Below are positions 44,711-60,361 of a DNA stretch of 64,000 nucleotides, in pieces (within the stretch, counting starts at the first letter, position 1; each line of letters starts with the position of its first letter). The notes under the pieces were generated by a model that saw only the letters and a program-made list of their open reading frames with translations, had not been told where the DNA came from and ran no database searches. Where the stretch lies: the NCBI RefSeq assembly GCF_009914755.1, contig NC_060936.1; one strand, 5' to 3'. The DNA comes from the human T2T-CHM13v2.0 reference genome, Homo sapiens. The position numbers were made by a program, and so were the translations under genes.

Positions 44711-45044
44711 CTATTCATAACTCAGGTTTTGAGGGATAGTGTAAAGAAATTGGATGAGAATTAGGTTTAGAGACTTAGTTCTGTCGCAGATTTCTTACCC
44801 TCTTATTCCTTAGTTTCTTCTTCTCTAAAGTGGGGGTAGTTAAACCTGTCTTATGTAGCTCCTTGAGTATTTGGTAAGAGTCAAAAGGAGATAATACATA
44901 AGAAAAGTGCATTGTCATCTATAAATTACCATGACAGTAGAAAATACTGTATTATTAAGGGAAATGGAAATAAAACTACAATTATAAATAGTAACAAACT
45001 AATATGTTACCTTACATGACCTCTCGTCCTCTTTGTTTCACTAG

Positions 45045-45253
45045 GAGAGTGCCATTCTGCAGTCATTCAAGCAGTAGAAGACTTGGATTTGTCTAAAGTT
45101 CTTCCTTTAGGTCGTCAGCACGGTATCTTAAACAGCCTTGAGATAGTATTGAAAAACATTAGTCATCTGATCAGCGCATACCTGCCGAAGATTTTGCAGA
45201 TACTGCTCTGTATGACAGCAACTGTATCACACATCCTTGACCAACGAGAAAAG
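45045..45253 (+). CDS. UTP20: UTP20 exon 27 (ECHSAVIQ...DQREK)
   Basis: actag| ... |gttaga; 209 nt, phase 1-0. Confidence 0.95.
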
Positions 45254-45369
45254 GTTAGATTCACTATAGATGCTTTCAAGTCAAGTGCTTGAACTGATAT
45301 TTCTTGGATTTTAATTCCAAGAGCCTAGAAGTATAAGGTATCTTCCAACTCTCATTTCAAGTTTGATCC

Positions 45370-45940
45370 CAGAACAAAGCCCAAAATTTTAAATGATTTA
45401 AGTGAAAATAAATTTCACAATATCTGACATGCAGTCAAACATTACTAGGCATACAAAGAAGGAGGAAAATTTTACCTATAATGAGGAGAAAAGGCAATCA
45501 ATAAAAGCAGATCCAGAAATGACACAGATAATAGAATTAGACAAGGAGGCTGATGCCACCACTTTGGGAGGCCAAGGTGGGAGGATCACTGGAGGCCAGG
45601 AGTTTGAGACCAGCCTGGACAACATAGCAAGACCCCATTTATGCAAAAAAGTAAAAAAATTAGCCAGGTGCGGTAGTGCACACCTGTACTCAGGAGGCTA
45701 AAGTGAGAGGATCACTTGATCCCAGGAGATTGAGGCTGTAGTAGGCCAAGATCACACCACTGCATTCCAGCATGGGCAACAGAGTGAGACTCTGCCTCTT
45801 AAAAAAAAAAAAAGAAAGAAAAAAAAAGGGACATTAAAATAGTTATTATAAAAACACTCCATATATTAGAGAAAGTAGAAGAAATCATGAGCATGTTAAG
45901 GAGAGACATGGAAGATGTGCAAAATTTAATGTAAGACGAG
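45370..45940 (+). mobile_element. L1MC4-like fragment with nested AluJ (~45560-45827)
   Basis: aattactaggcatacaaagaaggaggaaaat...cagaaatgacacagataatagaattag; interrupted by a 5'-truncated Alu. Confidence 0.8.
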
Positions 45941-45949
45941 GAAATATAA

Positions 45950-46390
45950 TAGAAAGTGATCAGTGTAGGGGTGGATAGGTGCTGCATTTACTAGGATGGT
46001 GAGGGTCCTCTATAAAAAGGTGATCTTTGAGCTTACACCTCACCATGAGAAGAACATTTCAGGCAAAGAAAATGACTAGTGCAAAATCCCTGGTTGGGAA
46101 TGGTCTTGACATGTTGTAAGAATAGATGAGGCTGTGGTGGCTAGAGCACCAGGAGCAGGAAGAGTCATGTAAGGTGAGGATGAAGAGGTAGGTCGTAGGG
46201 GCTCTGTAGGACTTTGTAGGCTATGATGAGGGGGTGAATTTACTTCTAAGGATAATGGAAACTGCTGAGAAGCTCGAAGCAGGTGAGTAATAAGGACTGT
46301 GTAGTGTTTTAAAAATATTGCTTTAGTTGCTTTGTGGAAAAGGGACTATAGGAGGCCAAGAATGGAAGCAGAAAAGAGGTCTTAGAAAGT
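45950..46390. mobile_element. L2
   Basis: aggtgatctttgagct...gaacatttcaggcaaag...gtgcaaaatccctg. Confidence 0.7.
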
Positions 46391-47859
46391 TCTTTCTCTG
46401 TTATATGAGAGTGTAATAAGGGCCATGGGAAGAATCAGGTGAGAACCTGTTTATGCTTTGTAGCAAGTGATAGTGACTTTGTCTGTATATGAATATATTA
46501 AATTGTGAAAGGTTTGCCTGTGTAGTGCCTTCACATTTTTGGTTAACTTAGGAGTTACTTAGTAATGCAGCCTCACTCCCAAGTCAATAATCAGTAACTC
46601 AAAGGATAATTTATACAGTTTCACAGTTCATTAGTTAATGAGATTTTAAGCTTGTTGACAGATAGGAGCTTTCTTATATTTTCCTTTGAAATTCTTGGAC
46701 CCATCCAAGGAATTCCTTAAAGTGAATTATTGCACAGTAGTTTTGCTTAAGTGAGTTAAAGTTCTACATTTATGTGCTTGAGCTCAGTTATATATTTACT
46801 TTTTTGTGTCTTTCCTTTAGGGCATTGATCGGTATTGAAAGATACTTGAAAATTGTTGGTTTTGAGGTTTTTTTGTACAATTAAGCAACAGTGTAACTTG
46901 TAAACATACACAAACTCAATCATATTGACTGTTCCTCTAGGAATTAAATTCTATGATTGCTCATTTTCAGGATTTTTCTCTAGTTTATTCAACAATTATT
47001 GAGTAAATTGGGCAGCTGGCACTTTAGTTACAGAAATGAATAGAACATGCAGATTGTACCCAATGGGAAGGGTGGTTGGTGGGAATGGGAGATGGATGGG
47101 GAGTGTCTATTTGATATCATGTTTGCAGTTGTGAGCTTCATATTTGCTCCATATAATATGTTTTTTCAAATATCAGGGATAATTTTTATCTTTCACTAAA
47201 CTTGATGCAGCTGATGAAAATATTGCTAGTAGAATTGAAGCAGAGCAGAATGACTTGTAACTACATCACCTTGTGCTTGCTTACCTGTCATTTCCTTTGT
47301 AACTTGTATAAGATAATAAGCTGAAAGTAGAACATATGTGAGATACCATGATTCCTGAGGCTTGCTCAGCAAACTAATGACATCCTTGTTCATATTTACT
47401 TGAATTTAAAATGTGCTGTATCAGATTCAAATACCTCTGTCTGTCAGATTATCAGATTTTCATGATAAGTAATTTTCCTATTAGTTTTCTTCATGTTATC
47501 TTGGCCATAAGACTTGATATTCACTATATGAGAGCATTTGTGTTGTCTTTATAAATTGCAAGGTGGCTTTTAGGTTTTAATGTAGGTAATTAAGGTGATA
47601 TATAAAAATAAATTATCACTTGTATGTCTAGAGCCCACAGTTTACTAATCAAGTGGGAAAACAATTAGGGGTTGAATCTTCTCCCATTTGTTTTGTTTTT
47701 TTTTTAACATTCTGTGCTAGGGAAAAATCCCTTTGAGGCCCTTGTCTTTCCTCTGCTTGGCCTAAAGCTCTTCATTCTTTAATACCCAGTAGAAATCTGC
47801 CTATTCCATGAAGCTCTATCCTGAAATTTGTAGTAATTCCTCCTACTGAAATATCTTTG

Positions 47860-48158
<299 letters not shown>

Positions 48159-49104
48159 ATGTCTTTCGCATTTTCAGTCTCTCACATACATTCAATAAAT
48201 TTGCCTTTAATAAGATTTTCAGTTGAATTGAGGTCAGGACCTCAATTCATACTAATGGCATGCCACTGGAGCCATTAGTAGGGACTCAATAAATTGTCCT
48301 ACTCTGAGCCTGAACAAATTGGCTGCGTATTTGTGATTTTATAACTCACAGCGAAGGAGATGCCAGTGGAAGTAGCAATATTTGTTATTTTAAAGGTTTG
48401 CTTTTATTTCACACTCATTCCAGCCTCTATGCCTCTAAACAGACAAATCGTATTTCCTCCTAAATTGCATTTTTCTTTGAACTATGTATGTTGAGATCTT
48501 CCTATCCCTTGACTCAGTCACATCATCCTCTTGCTGTACAAAGTATTTCACTGTATGGAAAAATCATAAATTCCTTAACTAGTCCCCTAGACTAATTTTA
48601 ACAAGAATAATTTATAACTTCTAGTCTTAAAAAAGTAAAATATTAAGTATGGAAATAAATAGAAAAATGGCTTTTATTTGAAATGAAGATTTAATTTTTT
48701 TCCCCCTAATATAAGGCATTATGTTGGGAAAAAAATTTTAAAAAAAAGTTTTGCTTTGTTTAGAATGTTCTGTTCATGGGAAGAAATCAGGATTTTACTT
48801 GAATGAAAAAGTAAAACAATACAGAATACAAAACAACTATTCCAGTTGTAATATTTTTTCTTAAGGATAACTAGTGTGACTACTAGGCAGTGATATTGTT
48901 TTAAGACTCTGCTTTCTTTTCTTGTTCAATGAGAAAAGTAAGACAGTTTGCTTGGTTGGTGTTCCCATGTAAATCAAGTCAACAGATTTAGTAACAGGAT
49001 TTCCAGTTTGATTCTTAGCCACCTGAGCAAGAGTGCCTCTCTGAGGAATCAGGGATAAAAATGATACATATGTATTTTTTGAACAGAAGATCTTTGTTTT
49101 ACAG

Positions 49105-49248
49105 ATACAGCTGAGATTTATTAATCCATTGAAAAATTTAAGACGTCTTGGAATCAAAATGGTAACTGATATCTTTTTGGACTGGGAATCATATCAGTTT
49201 AGAACAGAAGAAATTGATGCTGTGTTTCATGGTGCAGTTTGGCCCCAG
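49105..49248 (+). CDS. UTP20: UTP20 exon 28 (IQLRFINP...AVWPQ)
   Basis: tacag| ... |gtaaac; 144 nt. Confidence 0.94.
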
Positions 49249-49514
49249 GTAAACCTCAATTTCTACATCTGCCTATGTACGTTCTGCTTTTTCCTTTATT
49301 ACTAACTCACCAACATAGCTACCACCCAGACATGAATGCTTACCTGGGTCTTTCCTTTTACATCGAGCCCTTCTTTCTGGAAGTTTTTAGAACACTTTTC
49401 TTTGCCTTCACTACCACCTAAAACTCAAGAGTTAGTTTCTGCTGTACCATGGCATTTACACTTAAGGCTCAGTTGAATATGAATGTGTCTCTTAAGCAAC
49501 TGTTAACATAACTG

Positions 49515-49775
<261 letters not shown>

Positions 49776-50229
49776 TGACTTTTATAGCACCTCACATAGC
49801 GTTGCCTCTGGCTTTGGACAAGTGTGAGGGAAAACACCCAGGTGTTTTTATTACATACTTCCTATTTTGATTTCTCTGGTTGTAACCCCTTGGTGATGGT
49901 AACTGGTATAGGTATAGACTGAAGGAGAGATTTGATTTTAGGAAATGTTTCTAGGTGTTTGAGGTCCCAGTCATTTCCAACACTCTGAAACCTAAAATAC
50001 CATTTCCTTTCTGGTGTCTAGCACTTCCATGCATCACCTTTGCCATTTTTCCTATGTAGATGTTCTTTTGGATCTCTTTATACTTTTTCTTATTGTGTCA
50101 TTTGGATGTTCATCTCTGTCCCTTGTCTTTTTCATCCTGTGCTGTGATTTCTGTACTTGTTAGTTATTTGTGGTTTTTCTATAATTTGGTATGTGTATTT
50201 GGTATTCTGTTTTTTACTTTGTCTCCTAG

Positions 50230-50309
50230 ATCAGCAGGCTTGGATCTGAGAGTCAATATTCTCCTACTCCTCTGCTGAAACTGATCAGTATCTGGAGCAG
50301 AAACGCAAG
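50230..50309 (+). CDS. UTP20: UTP20 exon 29 (ISRLGSES...WSRNA)
   Basis: cctag| ... |gtataa; 80 nt, phase 0-2. Confidence 0.94.
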
Positions 50310-50500
50310 GTATAACCTTTCTTTTTTCCTTCTTTAAAAAGGGCAGTGTTTTAGATGAATCTGGTTAAAGCAGTCCAGGAAACTAATAGTGTAATTTATG
50401 GTCTTTCCATACAGTGAACTACTTTTGGTACAGTTAGAGAATGAGGCAGCTGAGTAAAAGCAAGGAAAGATCTCAAAATACATAGTTTAAAGAAAAATGT

Positions 50501-50800
50501 AGCCATGCACAGTGGCTCACGCCTGTAATCCCAGTACTTTGGGAGGCAGAGGCAGGATTGCTTGACCTCAGGAGTTCGAGACCAGTCTGGACAACGTAGT
50601 GAGGGCTTGTCTCTACTGAAAATCAAAAAATTGGCTGGGCATGTGGCGCATGCCTTTAGTTCCAGCTACTTGGAGGCTGAGGTGGGAGGATTGCTTGAGC
50701 CAACAAAGTTGAGGCTACAATGAGCCATGATCATGCCACTGCATTCTAGCCTGGGTGAAAGCGAGACCCTGTCTCAAAAAAAAAAAAAAGATAAAAAGAT
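50501..50800 (+). mobile_element. AluJ
   Basis: Diverged dimer. Confidence 0.92.
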
Positions 50801-52261
50801 AAATTGCTAGACAGTATATATAGTGTGATCCAGGAAAGTTTGTGTCTATGTGTATAAATATGAAATGAAATAGAAACTGTCCAGAAGGACACATGAGAAC
50901 TGTTAACAATGTGGCCATAGCACGTGGAGGTTTGGGTAGACCAGAGCAGGGAGAGGAGACTTTTCATAATACATCCTTTGGACTGTTTGAATTTTTTATA
51001 ATAATTAAACAGGAAAAATAGGTAAAATAACATCTTGCAAAGTAATGAAAATTTTAGAGTATGTATTACAGCTAAAACTAATACTTTTTAATAATTTTTA
51101 CAGTTTGATTAAAACTTGAAAATTTTAAGTATTAGAATTGATAGAGATGTTCTTCCAATATATGTAATAATTATGTCAGCAGTTTGATTTGGCCTGGCAA
51201 AGGGAGAAACAGAATGTGAAACACACCAGATAGTTATATCATCACATAAATATTATCATTTTCTGCATGCTTGCTTAAAAATAAATGCTGACTTGTAATT
51301 GGCATTCTATGTCTTTCTCCCAGTTCCCACTGAAAATCAGGAAAACCTCACAAGCTTTCTAGATTTTCTAGACCATTGTCTTCTTTGTGAAACTCCATCT
51401 AAATGTACATTCAGCTCTCATGGTCAGAAAAGGTTTTATTATTGATTCAGTGATGTTAAAATCATAGTCTTGGTTTTTACAAGATTGGAATCATACTGTA
51501 CTGGCTTTTGATTTTGTTTTTTTCATGTATCTTTATGTCATGAACATTTCTTCATGTTACTAGTCTTCAGAAACAAACCAAAAACCGTGACATTGTCTTC
51601 CTCAGGAAAACTTGTTTATTTTACTAATAGTATGTTCTCTACATTTATTCCCCAATTTGACACAGCAATTTTATATCTTTATCATTGGACATTTGTAAGC
51701 GACACTTCATAGGCTTACTTGAGAAATGTTGTATAGTTTTGTCATTTCTATGCAAATAAGCCATGAAGGACTTTCATCCAGGAAGACTTTACAATAGAGA
51801 TTCATTTTTATATTCATTGGGTCCTTATTGAAGGTATTGAGCCACATTGTTGGATGCCACTTCATTCTTTTCTGCAATTTCTCATTTTTTGGTTGGGTAA
51901 ATAGAAGCCATATAGCAATGGAAGAGTTAGGCAGCAGAACCTTTTTTTCCCTTTTATACTTAACACTCACCTGAAGAAATCTATAAAAGTGTTGACTTCC
52001 CTTGGAATCCACATAACAATAGATATGCATATGAAGTTGTGTGTGGAAGAACGAATGAATATTTCAGAACCCCTTCAATGGGAATGTTACTTTTTAATTA
52101 AAAAAATTTAGATTTTGAAGTGTAGTTGCAGTTTACATAGTATCAATCAGAAATTAAAACAGATTTTTCATCTATAGAGAAGTCTAGCATTTTACTAGCT
52201 TATAAGTAAGTTTAAATTTTCTCAGAAATAGCTGAACTCAGGACAGCAAAAACTTATTAAT

Positions 52262-52400
52262 TAGGGTGAACATGTACTTTTTTGTCCAAACTGAAAAACT
52301 CCTGAGGTTGAAAAGAGTTGTAATAAGTAAGTCAAAACAGCCAATGTAAGCTGGGACTGTCCCAGACCCCTCTCTTAGCTGCTCTGGTTCTAGTCACCAC
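52262..52400. mobile_element. MER81-like (hAT-Blackjack)
   Basis: tagggtgaacat...tgtccaaact...tgaaaag...gtaagctgggactgtcccag. Confidence 0.65.
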
Positions 52401-52799
52401 AGCCCCAGCATAGCAGTCTCTTCTTCCTGCATGCCCTTTCCAGCTCTGTAAGGCCCTGTCATCACATACTGCCTTTGTTGTATTCATCTATCTTCATAAC
52501 GTATTATCCACAGCTCCTTCAGGGCAAAGACCATGTCTCATTTATTACTCCACAGAGGGTTACACATCTCCATCCATGTGTAGCTGATGATCATTGCATG
52601 TTGTCTGAGTGATTGGAATTGCTGATTGAGCCATTCACGTTAGCATGTAGCATGCTCATTGTACTGTGGCAGCAAGTTACGTTGGTCAAGGGAAAACGGT
52701 TTGGTCACTGGGAAGTTGCATTGTATCTGAATGGGCTCTTGCTAGGACTTTACTCGCAGTTGAAAGCAGTTCCCTTCCCTTTTCTGCTAGAAAAATTTT

Positions 52800-53030
52800 A
52801 AGACAACAAAACAACATAGTGGTTAAGAGCACAGTTTCTGAAGCCTCACTAACGTAGCTTCAAATCCTAGCACCACTGTGCGTTCTTTTGGTCAAGTTTG
52901 CCTCTGAGCCTCAGTTTCATCACCTGTAAAATGGATATAATAACAGACCTACTTCATTGATAATAGAGATGATAATATATAATATAGTGTCTTGTGTAGA
53001 GCCTACCCGTACCATGCACAGTATTTGCTG
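52800..53030 (+). mobile_element. MIR
   Basis: atagtggttaagagcacag...ctctgagcctcagtttc..ctgtaaaatgg. Confidence 0.8.
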
Positions 53031-53499
53031 GACAGAAAGATGTATGAATATAACCTCTTAGAACTTTTCTGTCAGTTTGTCAATGCTAAGTATGTTAAAG
53101 AGCTCAAGCTCTTTTGTTTTTTTTCCAGTGATGATAAATTGAAAAAGGCAAACTATCTGGATTGTTTCTGTTTGACCTTCCTAGTAATTGTTAGGATTGC
53201 ATTTCTGACTGAATCAACTGCCGGTTTACCCTTGGCTGGAAAGCCTTTGTCTCTCTGCCCTTGTTGGTGCATTTGCATCAGGAAGGATATTTATAACTTT
53301 CATGTGAGTCTTTCATTATTGGGGATGGATTCATCCCTGTCTCCCAACATTGAATGTTCCATATCCTAATCAATAAACGTTTGTTTGGTCTGTACTCCTA
53401 ACTCCTATGTTCTAGTACATAGGGTTTTACGTGAGTGTATAAACATTCACATTCTTGAAAGCTTATAACTGAAAAGTAGTTTGTTTTCAGTAAGTCTCT

Positions 53500-53700
53500 T
53501 TTAGAAAGAGCTTAGACATTGGAATTAGATTGTGATTCAAATCTCAGCTCTATTATTAGCTCAGTGGCTTCGGACAAATCTGTTTTTTCATCTGTAATGT
53601 AGGGATAATGATACGACCACATAGAAACGTTGTGAGAATTAAATGAGAAATATATATAAAGTGCCTAAGTAATATGTTTGTAAGGTAATACTTAGAATTA
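53500..53700 (+). mobile_element. MIR
   Basis: ttcaaatctcagctct...catctgtaatgtagggataat...gttgtgagaattaaatgag. Confidence 0.75.
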
Positions 53701-53855
53701 TTATCCATCAAATTTTAGATTTAAACTAATTCCCCTTTGAATAATCTTATTAATGTTGAATATTTGTTAAACTCATGGTGAAAATTCATATGGACATGTT
53801 TTTAGAAGTGAACATATTGAGAATAAGATGATTACTACAATGTTTTTTCTTCCAG

Positions 53856-54082
53856 ATATTTCCCTTTGCTGGCTAAACAGAAGCCTGGGCACCCAGAATG
53901 TGATATCCTGACCAATGTTTTTGCAATTCTCTCAGCGAAGAATCTTTCTGATGCCACAGCCAGTATTGTAATGGACATAGTTGATGACCTTCTTAACCTT
54001 CCAGATTTCGAGCCTACAGAAACAGTTTTGAACTTGCTGGTAACTGGATGTGTATACCCTGGCATAGCAGAAAACATCGGTG
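53856..54082 (+). CDS. UTP20: UTP20 exon 30 (YFPLLAKQ...AENIG)
   Basis: tccag| ... |gtatgt; 227 nt, phase 2-1. Confidence 0.95.
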
Positions 54083-54617
54083 GTATGTATGCTGACAAAG
54101 CAGATAATTCTTAGACTTCTGCTGTAGCAATTGTTTCCTTAGAAGAGAAAAAAAATCAGTATAATTTGACTCACTCGAGAGCATATGCTCAGAAGTTTCT
54201 TTTCCCTGGGAACTAATACTAATTTATATAAACTGAATTTTCTTTGTAGTTATAAGAATAGATTATTTACTCTCCAAGAAGTCTCAACTCTGCTGCAGGA
54301 AATTATGAAAATGATTTCTACTGTCATGTCTCTACATTCTTCTTACCATATTATCCCAAATAATTCCCTTACTATTACCAAAAAATGGTTTAAATAAAGC
54401 CTCAGGGGTCTCTTAAATAAGTTCTTGATTTAGCTAGTAATATAGCTATTTTGAATAAGAAGAAAGTTGTTTATTTAGAATTTAGAATTTATTTAGAATT
54501 GAAATTTAACTTAAATGTTCATAGTGGTTGAGTGCTTTTCTTATCATCATGAAGATTTTGTACAATTATGCCTTAAGAGAGTTTATTAAAATCAAATCAA
54601 ATCACTATCTATTTCAG

Positions 54618-54762
54618 AGTCTATCACAATAGGAGGAAGATTAATTCTACCTCATGTACCTGCAATTCTTCAGTATCTCAGCAAAACCACAATAAGCGCA
54701 GAAAAGGTGAAAAAGAAAAAGAATAGAGCACAAGTCAGTAAAGAGCTTGGCATTCTTTCAAA
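54618..54762 (+). CDS. UTP20: UTP20 exon 31 (SITIGGRL...KKKKNR...GILS)
   Basis: ttcag| ... |gtaagt; 145 nt, phase 1-2. Confidence 0.95.
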
Positions 54763-54831
54763 GTAAGTGATATGTTGATACTTAAAAGATAACATTACCA
54801 TCCTTGGTTTTAACTTTTTAAAAAATTATTA

Positions 54832-55141
<310 letters not shown>

Positions 55142-56327
55142 TTTAAAAAAAATTATTATCTTGTTTTTCAGGTGTTGGAATCTGGCAATAAGAAGCTAAA
55201 AAGTTTTTTAGTATTTTTGAATGCCCTTTACTTTTAAGTTAATGCAGAATTCCCTTTCTCTGCTGGATTACTTACTAGAAACCGTTCATAGCATCTGCCT
55301 TTATTTAATAAAATTAAAGGGGACAGATTTTTCAAAATCCTAAAGTAGACTAATAGATTTGTTTGTTTAGCATTTGTGTATTTTGAGTTTTGTGGAATTG
55401 CAGTTTTTTACTCTTTAGTGTAATGATAAAAATAATTAACTTAAAAGAGCAGATTGTTCGGTTTTTTTGAGTCAAGATCTCACAAGGGTTGTTAAAGAGT
55501 CTGTTTGGCAGTAGACCTAGGAGTGTATTGTGATTTCGGTAAAGGGAAAGGTTAATAAACCTGAGTGCAAGAAACAATTCTATCTTAATTTTAAGTTGAC
55601 CATTACAAGGCTTAGTTGTTGAAAATGTATTTTTTCTGTTACTTACAACAGTGTCAACAAAAAGTGATATGTTCGAATCCTCTAGAAACTTCTTTGCAAT
55701 GCATTTTAAAATACTATTGTATTTCTAAGTTATGCAGAGTGGGAAATCATACTAATACACTCATTAAATTTCATCCCAGGCTATGTAGTAGTAGAAGGAT
55801 GATGAGAGGAGATTAGGAACCAGAAAGACCAGAGTTTGAAAGACCTGCTGTACTTCTTCTAGCTGTGAGACATCAGTTTCTCTGAGTCTCAGTTTTTTTC
55901 AGGGCAAAATCAGGCTGATGATTCCTATATTGCAGGGCTATCATGGGTGTTAAATTGAAATATTGTACATAAACCCTTAAGTCTTGGCACTTAAAAATGT
56001 TATTTCTTTTCAAAATAAAACAATTACTAATTACCAGACTGGAGTTCACTCTAACCCACCTATTCACCTGTTCACTCTAACCCACACAATCAGATATTGC
56101 AAAAGAAATAGAATAGTGGCCATGAGCTTGATGTTGGAGAGGAGTAAGAGTGAGCACAGCTAAGTAACTGAGGTAAACTTTTTATACATGCACACATACT
56201 TAAAAGCTAGCTGTGTATTGGAATGCTAAAACTGTGTCTTTAGTCATTGTTTTTCTACAAAAAGTTTAACTTCTTAGAGAAATATCCTTGTATATGTTCC
56301 TTACATATCCGTTTTTTCCTTCTTTAG

Positions 56328-56415
56328 GATCAGCAAGTTTATGAAAGACAAAGAACAAAGTTCTGTACTCATTACACTTCTCCTTCCATTCCTCCACCGT
56401 GGCAATATTGCTGAG
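56328..56415 (+). CDS. UTP20: UTP20 exon 32 (ISKFMKDK...NIAE)
   Basis: tttag| ... |gtacaa; 88 nt, phase 2-0. Confidence 0.94.
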
Positions 56416-56708
56416 GTACAAACTCATAGGACACTTAACTTTGTCTCTAGAGTGGCACTTTATCACTAGGTTTAATTGTGAGCAGCAATTTTACTGGCTA
56501 GATTTTGTGATGCATTTGTCGCAAGGAACTTAAAATACTTTATATAGAAATTAAAAAAATTAGAAATAGAGGGAAAAGACTGGGACAGACACTAGGAATG
56601 GGGGCAGGCAAGAAAGCGGAGACATCGTCATCTACAACAACAAAGTACTAGCCCCTTTATTTCCCTTGTTTAGCTTCTGATTCATTTCAGGGGTTTTTCT
56701 TTCTCTAA

Positions 56709-57086
<378 letters not shown>

Positions 57087-57282
57087 TAAAAATCAGACTT
57101 TTAATATTCAGACACAGCTAAGTGTTCCTGATATGATTTTCAAACCCTAGTTCAATCTTAATTAGGAGTCCTCCAGTGGCTCAAGCTCATTTGTCAGACC
57201 TCAGTAGTGATACTAAACATTTCTCCCCACATAGTTGTTCAATTTAGAAGACCACAGATCTGTAGACAACCAGAAATGTATA

Positions 57283-57917
<635 letters not shown>

Positions 57918-58212
57918 TACTTCAGCAAGCTCATTTTCTTGTATCTTTTTTGATTAGACAATAGAAGAAATTATGTTTCAAAACTACATATATTGCTTAT
58001 TAGAATTAAAGGAAGAAACTGGTTCACACATTCTTATGGGTTTTACATTAAATTAAAATGCTAAACACTTTTAAAAGACGATAAAATAATTTTTCCAATT
58101 ACTACTTTTACATCTTATTCACAATTGTTTTCTATGCTATAATATATTAAAGTATAAGTTGACCAGTTTATAACTTACTGAAATATGATTTCTCTGATTA
58201 TTTCTTCTCAAG

Positions 58213-58356
58213 GATACAGAGGTTGATATTCTGGTGACAGTACAAAACTTGTTAAAGCATTGTGTGGACCCTACAAGCTTCCTCAAGCCTATAGCAAAAC
58301 TTTTCTCAGTTATTAAGAACAAATTGTCAAGAAAATTGCTTTGTACGGTTTTTGAG
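58213..58356 (+). CDS. UTP20: UTP20 exon 33 (DTEVDILV...CTVFE)
   Basis: tcaag| ... |gtctgt; 144 nt. Confidence 0.93.
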
Positions 58357-58553
58357 GTCTGTACTATTCATTTTTACTCCAAATCACCCTTTTAAAAAAA
58401 TGTAATTATGACTTGTAAACCATATTAGGGGCTTTCTTCATGCCAGGGTGATGTTTTTATATGAATTTGAATGGGGACAGGTAGCTGAGGGGAGGAGGGC
58501 AGAAAAGTTAAAGTTTTATTCACTGATAAATACACTGTTTTCTTTCCTTTCAG

Positions 58554-58604
58554 ACTCTTTCTGATTTTGAGAGTGGGTTAAAATATATTACTGATGTTGT
58601 CAAG
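58554..58604 (+). CDS. UTP20: UTP20 exon 34 (TLSDFESGLKYITDVVK)
   Basis: ttcag| ... |gtaaga; 51 nt. Confidence 0.94.
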
Positions 58605-58707
58605 GTAAGAAAGAAGGGTTTCTCTTTGGCTTCAAAAGTATTATCATTTTTGTTTACTGAAGATTTATATGCCTTCTTTTATATAACTTCAATGGCATTT
58701 CTTATAG

Positions 58708-58860
58708 CTTAACGCCTTCGATCAAAGACATCTTGATGATATCAACTTCGACGTTCGCTTTGAGACTTTCCAGACCATCACCTCTTACATTAAAGAAATG
58801 CAAATTGTGGATGTTAACTACCTAATTCCAGTTATGCATAATTGTTTCTATAATCTAGAG
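58708..58860 (+). CDS. UTP20: UTP20 exon 35 (LNAFDQRH...FYNLE)
   Basis: tatag| ... |gtaggt; 153 nt. Confidence 0.95.
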
Positions 58861-59104
58861 GTAGGTTATTATAGCAAAATTTTTAAATTATTTTTTATTG
58901 TTTTGGTAATACGGCTGCCTAATACAGTGACCTGATCTTTAAATTTGTTTTTTGAGGGGGGACAAAGGTTTTTAGGATTAAATTTCTTTTAGATGAAGAA
59001 TCTTATGTCTGGCAAAACAGTTATTCTCATGATTTAAAAGGCAAATATTGTGAATAAAATAATACATATGAAAGCATTTTGAAAAAAATCAAGAAGTTAT
59101 GTAT

Positions 59105-59640
59105 TAGAATAGGGAAATCCATAGAGATGAAGTACATTAGGTCACTAAAGGCTGCAGAAAGGGAGGAATGGGGCGTGATTTCTAATGGGTATAGGGTTTC
59201 TTTTGGGAGTGATGAAAATGTTCTGGAATTAGTGGTGATGATCACACAACCTCGTGAATATACTTAAAACCACTGAATTGTAAATTTTTTTTTTGGAGAC
59301 AGGATCTCGTTCTGTCACCCAGGCTAGAGTGCAGTGATGTGATCTTGGTTCACTGCAGCCTCTGCTGCCAGGTTCAACCAATTCTCCCACCTCAGCCTCC
59401 CGAATAGTAGCTGGGATTACAGGGGCACGCCACCACACCCACCTAATTTTTGCATTTTATTAGAGACGAGGTTTCACCATGTTGGCCAGGCTAGTCTCGA
59501 ACTTCTGACCTCAGGCGATCCGCCCATCTTGGCCTCCCAAAGTGCTGGGATTATAGGTGTGGGCCACCGCACCCAGCCAAATAGTAAATTTTTTAAAAGG
59601 GTGAATTTTATGGTGTGTCAATTATGTCAATTTTTAAACA
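59105..59640 (+). mobile_element. L1MB/ME 3' end with nested antisense Alu (59285-59578)
   Basis: ggtatagggtttcttttgggagtgatgaaaatgttctggaattag; Alu TSD gtaaatttttt. Confidence 0.88.
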
Positions 59641-60361
59641 TGCAACTATACTAATTGAAAATTATCCCTTTTTTATTGAAGTTATAAGAGAATTAAAAAG
59701 TGTTTGGAATATATTAAGTGCTATGTTGCTGAACTAAATTAAAATCCAAAAATGCAGAAAATGAAACCTTTGATTATTGTTAATCATGTAGTGGCATCAG
59801 TGATCTCTTTGTGGCATTTTATAGTTATTCATCTAATATTAAGGATTACGTAATATATGAAAAAATAATCTCCCCGTTTTATACTCATTCTTCATAATCA
59901 TGCCAAAATTCAGCACAAAAAATTCTAAGTCGCTGCCTGGCTGGCTGAGTCAAGGATACCTTCCCTACACTCACTTTGACATTCTTCAAACCACAAACTC
60001 TGGAGCAGCCAATTCTGTCATTTTCAGTAATGACCGGATACTGAATATTGAAAACTGGCTTTAGTGAACCTTTTAGACTGCCTGCTTTGGGAAGTAAAAC
60101 TAATTAACAAGGACATTTCATAGTGCTGCCTGAAATTAAATGACACTTCTTGGGAAGCGTGGTTTTTCAGCCATTTACAGTATTATATTCCTCACAGAAC
60201 ATTTGGTTCTCCCTTAGGTTTGAAATATTTGTGGGAACTTGCTTAGTAGGCATTTTTACAAGCACAGTGACAGAATTTTGTAGATGCTTGCACTGGGAAG
60301 TAATATTCCATATTGTAGTTATTACAGAGAATAATTTCTTTTTTATTTCTCTTTTTTGCAG

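Noticed and set aside
45042-45047. TAG-GAG NAGNAG acceptor at exon 27
   Set aside because: Distal GAG acceptors are rarely used; nothing in the sequence supports it
50310-50321. Donor gtataacctttc as a possible U12-type intron
   Set aside because: Does not match the invariant GTATCCTT; all 35 introns appear to be U2-type GT-AG
53128-53212. Possible box C/D snoRNA (GTGATGA at 53128, CTGA at 53205/53209); tempting because ribosome-biogenesis genes often host snoRNAs
   Set aside because: The terminal stem does not fit K-turn register, I recognise no rRNA/snRNA guide complementarity, and it lies ~640 nt from the next acceptor. A snoscan/Rfam hit plus fibrillarin CLIP would be needed.
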